Positions 37,591-47,207 of a stretch of DNA of 64,000 nt are shown here, piece by piece. The position numbers and the translations under genes were made by a program. This DNA is from Rhizodiscina lignyota (lineage: Eukaryota). The stretch covers positions 186,001 to 250,000 of the forward strand of contig ML978122.1 in the NCBI GenBank assembly GCA_010015805.1, written 5' to 3'. Numbering within the stretch: the first letter of the stretch is position 1; every line of letters starts with the position of its first letter. The notes beneath the pieces are model-generated. The model made no database searches and was not told the DNA's origin. It saw only the letters and a program-made list of their open reading frames with translations.

Positions 37591-38485
37591 TTACATGAAG
37601 TCATCTTCGTCGAACCCTTGCTGGTTATTCGACTCCCCCATGGCTTCCGTCGAATGAAGATCATCGTAAGCATGATCTCGCTGCCATGCCTTCTCCCTCC
37701 GCTCCCGAGCCAAGCGCAGTTCTTCTTTTTGCTGCCATACCTAGTCAGCGCAAGGCGGACGCACGGTAGGGTAGAGAGACATCTCATGAACAAACGAAGA
37801 ATGGAAAAGGGATCAAAAATAAAAGCGGATGCTCACTCTGACTTGTTGATCAGCGCGATCCTTTTGTCTCAGCTCTTTCTGCCGGTCTTCCTTCTCTTGA
37901 TGCAGGTTAGGGAATTTCTCGACCTTTGTCTTGTTGAGACGGTTGACGATAGGATTTTCCCGTTGCGCAACGTGAATCTTTTTAACCTTCAAGGTGTGAG
38001 GATTTCGGTCAGAGGCGTTGAAGTGGATATATAATACCTTCTTGGGATCTTTGAAGCCAACCTGCCCTACGGCCATGCTCCCATCCTTTTTCAGATTTGA
38101 CCATGGCGTGTAGATAACTGTAATGTTATCTTTCTTGTTCCCTTCAGTGAAAGTTAGATTCCAGATCAACTTAACAATTAGAAGCTCGATACCTTCTATT
38201 GAGTTTGCCTTAGTAAGCTGTGCGCAGTCTTCGAGTAACGGCTGTGGTATGGAGTCCCATGTCTCGCCTTCTCTTAACCGAACATATATGTGTGCACTCG
38301 ATAGGTTATCAACGTGGAACCAGACGTCCTCATCAAAACCGTACTTAATAAGCTCCTCGTCTAGAGCACATTTTAGCGCTACGCCTTGAACTCCTCAGCT
38401 TGACCAACCGACTTTCGACCTTGTCTTTCCCTACGTAAATGAACGCTGACGGCGTGACGACACTGCTCGTGAAGTAGTACACCAT
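37591..38485 (-). CDS. CCDC25/Jlp2 homolog (NFACT-R/DUF814 domain), multi-exon
   Basis: MVYYFTSSVV.P...IYVGKDKVENEELIKYG..DVWFHVDNLSSAHIY, AQLTKANSIEGNK, YTPWSNLKK, C-terminal EDDFM*. Confidence 0.93.
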
Positions 38486-38995
38486 GTTGATAGTTGAATT
38501 CCCCGGGTGCTTATCTTGTTAAGGCTGGAAGAAAACGAGACATACCCTAGCAAGGCATATTTAGAAGTTCAGCTAAACACCGCCGGTAGATCTTCGGCGT
38601 GCGTTTCGAGAGTCTTTTCAAGCATATCACGAGACCAGAGCCAGGCTATGAAGATCAAAGACGAGATGATACCTATGGCACTAAGCTCCGGCCATTAAGA
38701 ACTGTAATCAATTCATCTATGTGGTTCGAGCTGCACAACGATATCGTTGGCTTCTTACACAATGCTAGTCGCACTTCCTGCACATCTCCTGGTCTTTGGT
38801 AAAGGACCTTTAAATCGTAGTTTGCGCAATGGATGGCAACTTTCCCCAGACACTGACAGCATCGTCTTTCCTGATGAACTCAATCGTTCGTGCGACTCGG
38901 ATCGGCCGTGCCGTAGACGATGGCCTGACGTTTATACTATTCGCAGCTTCGCTGGTCCTCGAATAATTCACCAATGCCTTAGGAGAATACACCGC

Positions 38996-39334
38996 TCAGC
39001 CTTGCTCTTCATCCTCAACGAGCTCAGGCTCTGGATACTGGGCGCGTAGGTCTTTGATGACATTCTGCGTTACGTCAGTTAGCCGAGCCTCATATCTCCT
39101 GAATTTGAACCCCTCACTGCCAGAGCCTCTGGATTCACTCCGTTCTCGATGAGTGAAATACAAAGAGAGATTTGATGTCGCGTGAGGTTGCAGTTCTGGT
39201 CCACTAATGAGCTTCAATGCCAAAGACGGATCCAAAGGTTAATGATGAAGGCATACGAGTAAGGTCGCTATCTCCTCCAAGATATCGACGACGTCTTTCG
39301 CAGCTTGCTTCTTGTCCTTTGTTTGGGTCGCCAT
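38996..39334 (-). CDS. MZT1: Mitotic-spindle organizing protein 1 (MOZART1), 3 exons
   Basis: Spliced MATQTKDKKQAAKDVVDILEEIATLL/NCNLTRHQISLCISLIENGVNPEALA/NVIKDLRAQ; GVNPEALA.VI..LR is the MOZART1 signature. Confidence 0.93.
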
Positions 39335-39375
39335 ATCGAAAGTTGTGTGTTTTGAGCTTAGATTCGTAGGAAGTA

Positions 39376-39381
39376 ACGCGT
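39376..39381. promoter_or_regulatory. MCB element ACGCGT in the 200-bp MZT1/TRAX divergent promoter
   Basis: Exact ACGCGT about 40 bp upstream of the MZT1 ATG; a single 6-mer. Confidence 0.35.
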
Positions 39382-39534
39382 CGCAGTCACGTCTGAGTAT
39401 CCCCCAGGTCCCCTCGGCTTGGCGGAGGCCATGTTCTGAAACACTCACTATAAGCAGTCTAGCGCATACTTCAGCGCATTTCACAGGTGAAAGCCTCATT
39501 TCAGATTCACAGCAACACAACGGGAAACGCTTTC

Positions 39535-40456
39535 ATGGGTACGAAACGCAGTCGCACGGAGAGCATGGATGCCTCCACAGCATCCGGCGGTTCTCCATTC
39601 ATGCCAATGTTTGAGAAGTTTCGCCTCGAGCTCGACGAACATCATGATCGACGAGAGCGAGTCATCAAAGCGTCCCGAGACGTGACAGCGGCAAGCAAGA
39701 AGATGTGAGATTTGCGCTCACTTCCATTAAATCACATTGTGCTAAGTATAGTTAGCATCTTCGCGTTACAGCGGTACGTCTGTCCAGTTGCAATATTCCG
39801 ACTCTCCTTCCAACAAAACCGATTCTAGGATACGCACCGTTGGCAAACCGATTCCTCCAGGAGTGCGAAAGGGATTCACCCAGCATGAGGAAGTGATCAG
39901 ATCCCAATACACAAATATATCTAAGGACATGCAAGGGCTTAACTCGTTTCGATACCAACGCCAAATATCTGGCGGAAACCAGGAGTTGCTCGAAGCCCTC
40001 ACCTTTCAGCATTACCTAGAAACTGAGCAGCTCCTCTCTTATCTAGAGGCTAATGACCGGGTGGCAGGACTGGGTGGCCCGGAGTCTCCTATACTGCTTA
40101 CTCCAGATGATTACCTCCTGGGCGTTTTTGATATGGTTGGTGAACTCATGAGACACGCTGTGACGGCAATGGCAACCGGAGAATTGAGTGGTGCTGCTTC
40201 CTCTACTGGGAATGAAAATATAGCGAGTCGTGGCATTTTAGCAGATATGCGTGATCTTCGCAGCTCTCTAGAAAGACTTGAAGTCGATGATGGTTTTCTA
40301 TCGAGGGACATCGAAAAGAAGATGCCGGTTATGAAGCAATGCGTCGAAAAGGTCGAAAATGCAGCTTATGGACTTATTGTCCGCGGAAGCGAACGTCCAA
40401 AGGGCTGGATGCCTGATACCGACCATGTTGGAAAGGGAGAAGTCGAGGGGTATTGA
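39535..40456 (+). CDS. Translin-associated factor X (TRAX), with 18-nt micro-exon
   Basis: ELDEHHDRRERVIKASRDVTAASKK-IIFALQR, SGGNQELLEA, DYLLGVFDMVGELMR, KVENAAYGLIVRGSE; micro-exon 39756-39773. Confidence 0.92.
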
Positions 40457-41077
40457 AGCTCATTCACGGTGAATGCCACTATTATCTATTGGCAGCCGAT
40501 GCATGTGATTGGAGCTACGACAGAAGGGGAGTGAAGCTGAGAGATCTCTTGCATGGATTTGAATGATTACTGTCAATACTTTAAGTGCTCTTTCCGCGTA
40601 CTGTTACTGTGTGAGACCTTTGAACAGCGACTATGGAAGCGACGCAATACAATTCGACTTTAGCCACACGTTGATTGGCAGGTGTAGTTGCGACTCGACA
40701 TTTTAAGCATCACAACGACGCCAAGACCACGGCAATTGTGGGCGCATATGACCACCGTTCCCTTCCTATTCAACGACACAATAGACGCCCACAATGCGAT
40801 TGCCTTTTGTCACTGGACCCCAACCCCCCGCCGCTCATATATATCCAGCTATGCGTTCAGCCACTTCCGCTCCGTCAAATACTGCGCGCTTTCCTGCTCC
40901 TCGAAGCAAACCCTGAGGGACATGCACCCCTCTCGATATCAACCGCATTGAAACCGGTACCGCGCCTTCCATCAGCGTTCCGCAACCTCTCTTGACAGGC
41001 GCTGCTGCGGGCTGCTCTATTCATACGATATTGGAACACTCGTTAACAGTTCCTTCAAGAATGCGACTGTCGCTGCA

Positions 41078-42485
41078 ATGAGCGAATCCAACAATCTCAC
41101 CGCAGACCCCACCGCGCCGACGGAGGATCAAAGCGACCACACTGCCATGCCAATGGCTGGTGTCCCCAAACGCAAGGTGTTCAATGTCATCGTTGATGCG
41201 ACTGCGCTCATCTCTGGCGTCAGGAGGAATACTCGTGATGGAATTAAGAAATGGGTAAACAATGGCGCCATCCGCCTCTTCGTTCCGCTACATAGTACGA
41301 TTAGCCCCGATTCATGATATTGATCATGCTAATAGCATCTTAGCGCTACAACAGTTGACGAATATCTCGACCACCCGATCTGATCGCTTCGGAGAAGATG
41401 CAAAGGAAACGCTTGACTGGCTCGACAATATTACCTCAGATCCGCGGATCATGAAAAATGGAATCGTACAGCTACAGGAGAGCTTCGAGGCCTATAACAC
41501 TTGGGCGGAGGTGGAGGAGTTCCTCTTGCCAAAGACTCTGCTCTCACACGAGTCGGAGACTCCGGTGGACGGAAATATCACTGATGCGATGTCTAAAATG
41601 CAACTTGACGATGGCCTGGAACTGGCATCAATGAGCTCAAAGGATAGCAATGACTTGCGTCCGACGACACCTTCGTCTCCAGAATCAGCTTATTCGTCGA
41701 CTAGCCCCAACGTTCTGCTCTCGAGTCCTCTTAAGCAGGTTGACCGCAACGGAACCACAAGTGGACGCAAGGGTGCGGGCCATAAGAAAAATGCCAGCCT
41801 GACCAACTCGGAAGTTTCTGTTCAAAGCAATACAAACGAACCGCGCTTTCCGAAATCGCTTCAGCCATTCTTCAATCACATCCTGTGGCGCATTCACCAC
41901 ACTCAAGCAACCGATCCGGACCAGGACCTTGGCTCGTATATTCTACTCACCAATGATGCTCTGAAACAGTCGATTGCGCACCGGTTTGGCATTCGAGTCA
42001 AGCGCATTGAGCAGCTGAGGGATATCATAATGCGCGAAGACAAGGACGTCAAGAATCGGCTCGCAATGATGAAACGAGAAAATGAAAATACCGTTGCAGG
42101 AGCAACACAAAATACAAATGACATACGACCAACCAGTAAGGGTGGATTGCAGCGCGGGCTTCCGGCGTCACAGCATGTCTGGGATCCAAACACCTTTGGA
42201 CGAGCAACCAGCCCTTCCATTGGCAAGGTGCAACCTGCACCTATCGCTCCGCCTTCTGGCCCTAGTGGGCGCGGGTCACTGAGAGGTCGAGGTGGTCGAG
42301 GAGCGCTCAATGCTCCCCGTGGATCCGCAACTGTCCAGCGTCCGATACCTACCGGCCCAGCACGCCTTTCACAGCCGCAGCATGACCCTAGCAAGCCTAT
42401 CGATCCTGACTCTTTCGACCGACCGAGACCACGTCCAGGATTTGTCCGGGGCGCTGGACGGAGGAAGCTATGGGAGCCCGCCTGA
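41078..42485 (+). CDS. PIN-domain protein, Nmd4-like (start 41078 or 41147), 2 exons
   Basis: FNVIVDATAL..G..IKKW..IRLFVPLHTLQQL..AKETLDWLD, ILLTND, RGG-rich tail and terminal RGAGRRKLWEP; intron 41295-41343. Confidence 0.8.
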
Positions 42486-43277
42486 GGAAGCGATATGCGA
42501 TACGGGACGAATTATTCCCGTTTCTCACAATATCCGATTGAATATTTTGGAGTTCTCTACGAACCCTGGACGACAGGCTTCCTATTCTGAACGCTCGATG
42601 ACGGTTCACTTCGTTTACCTACGACTTGAAATGCGATGCGCACGTCACCACGTTTCAGTATTACCCCATGCCACTAATTGGTGGATGACTGGCTTCATGG
42701 GGAACGATTAGAATGATTGCCAAAGCGCCGGATAATGACATGCCGAATGCATTGGACATGGATTGGATCACTTTGAACGAATATGGCTGAGATTGTTGCG
42801 TTATGGTTCTGGGAGTTTTGCTTGTAGCAATCGACTTTTGCTTAAGTTGGCTGGCTGATGCTACTTTTGAGATGTATACTTGGGAGTGGCCGTCTTTCTT
42901 CAATAAGTCTTGCGATTTCAATGAAAGGAGTTGTACTAGATTGTTCTTGGAGGCAAATAACATAATTTGGTGGCTTAGTTTTCTCCAGAGGGTCAGGTCA
43001 ATAGGAGAGGTTAAAATCAACGAAGTGATGTCTCTCATAGCTTTCAACACCCACCAAACCGGCTTGCTAAGAGTTGTGTACACATAGTGGTGTGTGGTGT
43101 GACGTCGACATCTCACCTACGAAAATGCGGCTCGAACGTGATTGGCTGACAGGGGTCCCTCACTTAGCCAACGCAGCTTGTTGTTGTTAAACAAAAGAAA
43201 GCTCTGAACAATCACCTCCATGGCACACTCCCGCAGAATAATTACAGAGTATTCTGAGAAAAGAACATGCGATATCA

Positions 43278-46200
43278 ATGCCTACAGCAATATCCCAGGC
43301 TCGTCGAGAAAGTCCGACTAAAGCAAAGCCAAGTCGCTTAATCGCCTCGGCCGACTTTGCGTTTCCGAGCGATCACCATCTTCTCGTTATCACCGAGAAG
43401 CATGTTTGCTGCTGGAACAGACGAGGACTCACCGCGATCTTCAAGTCTGGCTCTGCTGGAATACTGGCTGCAAAGGAAGCAAAAGATGGAAGTGGACGAT
43501 TGGCGATTGCGGATAGCCAGAATGTGCTTCTTCACAATGTCTCGAGGGGCATGGATCGTAGCTATAGGCTGAAAGGAACAGAGGTACGCGCAAAGACGAG
43601 GCGCTCAATTGGAGTCCTGGAGTTAATTATGGATCACAGGGTCAGATTCGTCTCGTCGAGTTCTCTGCCGATTCGAAAACCCTCTTCTTCAGTACAACGC
43701 TGCAAAACGCCGTTCAATCGTATTGCTTTCGAGAAGGCCGTCTTCTCCCTCCCCTTGACGCCCACGAGTCGCCTCCAACGGCCATAGCAGTCTCTGCGAC
43801 TTCACAGCTTCTCGTGTCTACCTCAGAAAGCCCACCAACGGTACAAATACAGAATCTGACGCTGCACACTCCTGCGATCAGGCTACAACCACGCGCATCC
43901 AGCTTTCCCGTCGCAGTAGTGTCGTTCCATCCAGAGCGGCCGGGTATCTTTCTACTGGCCTTCAAGGACGGCACTGTTGCTGCGTACGATGCGACTCGCA
44001 TCCAGCGTGCAAATGTGCACATTACCGCGCGCCAACCTATGGGCAGAACCGGCAGCGATGGAGAAATTGGACACTTCATTCACCTTTGGACTGTAGCGAA
44101 CCGAGGAGAAAGGTATCCTGAAAATGTCCTTGATGCTGCTGTTCTGGGAGAATACGATCCGGGTACGAAGACCGCAAGCATCGGCGCTCATGCTGTTGGC
44201 ATTACGGCGGCGGCGTTCGTACCTGGTTACCGTACTCGCGCCGTTTGTGCGGGTGCAGATGGAAAGAGCAGATTGATAGACTTCGCCGAGGGTGGAAAGG
44301 TGCTCCGAACATGGCATGTACGAGGGCCGGCAACGAGTCTGAGTATCCTACCATTAGAAGCATCCACCCTCGGGAGCCGGGTAGATGGGACTGAGGAGGG
44401 CTTGGACGTTGGTAGAGCAAGGCGATCAAGACCATCATTAACTGGAGAATCGACCGAAGACAAGACTGCGAACAACATCATCGCAATCGGAAGATTGGAT
44501 GGCAAAGTTTTATTATATGACTCTATCGGACTCCTGCTCTGCGAAAAGACCGTGGCTCTAGCTGCTGGGCGTGTCGTCTCAATCGAATGGATGAAAGGCC
44601 GAGGTCCCAGACCATCGAAGGGGTCTGAGCATGTTCACTTCTCGGATGAAAGCAACGTAATCGATCTAACCTCTGTCCAAAATGAGATAATTGGACACTC
44701 TAGTCATGTCTCCGGTCGCCGGTCATCTGTGGTCAAGAATCAGCGTACAAGCAAAATGGACGGTCTTGAGCGGAACCCCTCCACGAAGTCCAAAGATACA
44801 CTAATCAGCTTGGATGGCTCAGACAGAGTACTTAGAGGCCAGCACCATCGCCACTCAACTGACAATACAAGTGACGAGGCGAGTACTTTGCTAGATGATA
44901 TGGACGCGACCGTTCGGCATGACCCTAGGCACAACGGAGTTAGCAATGCTCCTTCAGCAGCAAATGCGAACTATATGGATCTCTTCTCTCCAATAAAATC
45001 CGTTCGCACACCAACACGTCCATCACCACAACGTGTTATCACAGGATCGCGTTCACGGAACAGACCACGCATCTCGAGCTCGACCTTTATGGACAGTGCA
45101 ATCGGAACGATATCAAGACATGGTTCCTCGCCAATCGTTGACTTAAGTCCAACAGCGGTGCCGACGGCACCAGGACCTGCAAGGCCATCCTCACCTTTTG
45201 TTCAAACAAGTTGGTCTTCTATACAAGAGGCAACCAATCATCCCGATTCTCCACCGCCGCAAAGTGCTACGCGCTATGCAGCTCAAGGGGTAACTAGGCG
45301 ACAGTCCAATCGCAAAGCGTCTGTTGTGCGTTTCTCCAATGGTAAAGGACAGCCCGCCACGGTTCCTGCTCCTCTACCTGCGGCCCGTACGCATAGGAGA
45401 AAATCAGGCCGCGCCTCACTCCAAAAGAACATGCCTAAGGGCGTACAAATGCCTGGCAAGTTTCCAAGTTCCAGCACCTTCGAGCTGACAAAGCTCACAC
45501 CGCCCAGCTCTTCCAGTGCCAGCACAGATAAGATCAACGAGAGTGCTCGTATACTGGCAGACCTTAAACGAGTTGAAAGGATGGGTACTAATGGAGCAGA
45601 CCCTGGTAACTCTCGCCGTCGGACTGGACTCGCACTCTTCGCACCTTACTTGCCGCAGCGCCGCTCGAAAACCAAGGTGGAGCCTTCGCTATCACAGTCA
45701 ACATCTCTGCAACCACCATATCAGGGTGCGACCAACAGTGACGTATCATCTTCGGACTTTACTCTGGACGACTCTTCAATGAGTGAGGATATTTGGTTGA
45801 CTTCAGAGTCTGAGGTAGACGTGGATCAGAGCAATAAATACAGCAGTCGCAAACCGCGAAATAGGCGTGAGGCACACAGCTCTAACACAGCGAGACCAGT
45901 ACGCTTTCGGAGAGTGTCCAATGACTTATCACGAGCACCATCCTCCCAAGCAACATCAACTTCAAGAATGCCGAGCGCGTCCTCAATTTATTCAAGCCTT
46001 GAGACTGATGGCGACGTTTCTGAATCGGATCTCACGGTCACAGCCACATACCAAACTGCACCGACCTCTCAAGTTGCCCTTCCAGAAACCTACTCAAGTA
46101 CCTCGGACGTGTCGCCACGGAGCAAGGCCTCAGTGGCAGAAAGTGAAGTCCGAACCCCTTTACGACGGAGGCCTTCACTAGCAGCAGAACTGCCTCCTGG

Positions 46201-46780
46201 CACCGCAGATTCCCCAGAAGGTCCTGTCGTCGTGGAATCATTCTTTCCAAGAAGAAGTAGCCTGGTCAACTTGAAGGCGCATCAGTCCGACGGTAGCCCA
46301 ACAAAGCCGAGCGCAAGGAAATCCAGGGCAGTGCTAGGCGAAATCTCCGGAAACGCCGATCGCATCTCGGAAGGAACGGAGCCCAGCTCGCGTTCTTCTC
46401 CAACACGCAGGCGGAAACGGGGAGATCACAAGAAGCACGTGCGGCTGGACCTCTGGGAGGACCTTGAAGACGGCGCGGAAGCTCGGCGGAAGATGGAGTC
46501 GGACACATCCTCGACAGCGACGAAGTACGAGATTAAGCATGACCAGCACAATATTCCTGATGAGGACTTCGATATTCCATCCATTCCGTCCATTCCTAGT
46601 AATTACAAGGCGCAAGGCTATGGCAACGATCGTGCGGATAGCAATCGTTCAAGGTGTGCTTGTAATGGAGTTTGTTGCAATGAATTGAGAAAGGAGGTGC
46701 GGGATTTGAAAGAAGAAGTCAGGGTACTGAGAGGTCTCATGCAGGGCTTGATCATTACAAGTCCTGGGAAGAGGAGGTAA
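43278..46780 (+). CDS. N-terminal WD40 propeller + Ser/Pro-rich linker + C-terminal coiled coil (NEDD1/GCP-WD-like)
   Basis: Intron 43584-43639 joins exon 1 in frame to the 988-aa ORF. WD-like blades (LDAHESPPTAIAVS, VSFHPERPGIFLLAFKDGTVAAYD, IAIGRLDGKVLLYD); terminal ELRKEVRDLKEEVRVLR. CDS is secure, NEDD1 identity is inferred. Confidence 0.75.
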
Positions 46781-47207
46781 AGGCGGGCGCGAGATAACAT
46801 GAACTTGTGTTTTCAAAGCATGGCATGGGCCGCACGGCGTTTAATGTATTGATACGACGCATCACAATGAATAGTGACTTAAGGTATGAAAAATGGGTAG
46901 TGAGAGCATAACATACGGCATTGGATAGGCATTGAATGAACTTCTGAGTATTTCATGTTCCATTTCAGGTAATTGGTCTATTACTGAATAAATCGTCGGA
47001 GCCCCAGCCACGCTTTGCGTGTAAATTCTTGACCAGTGCCACATACAACTTTGGGAGTCTCTGAGCTATTGAGATTTGCACGTCTTCAGAGTAACTCCAT
47101 CGGTTTAGCAATCTCTAAGTTGAGAACACAGCCTCAAACCGACTTCTAGCTCTAGCCAGAAATCGCAGCTCCAAACTCTCAGTTACAACAGTACAGTTAT
47201 GAAGATT

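Noticed and set aside
43180..43200. Forkhead site in the WD40 gene promoter (TTAAACAAA)
   Set aside because: Imperfect match to RYMAAYA in an AT-rich context.
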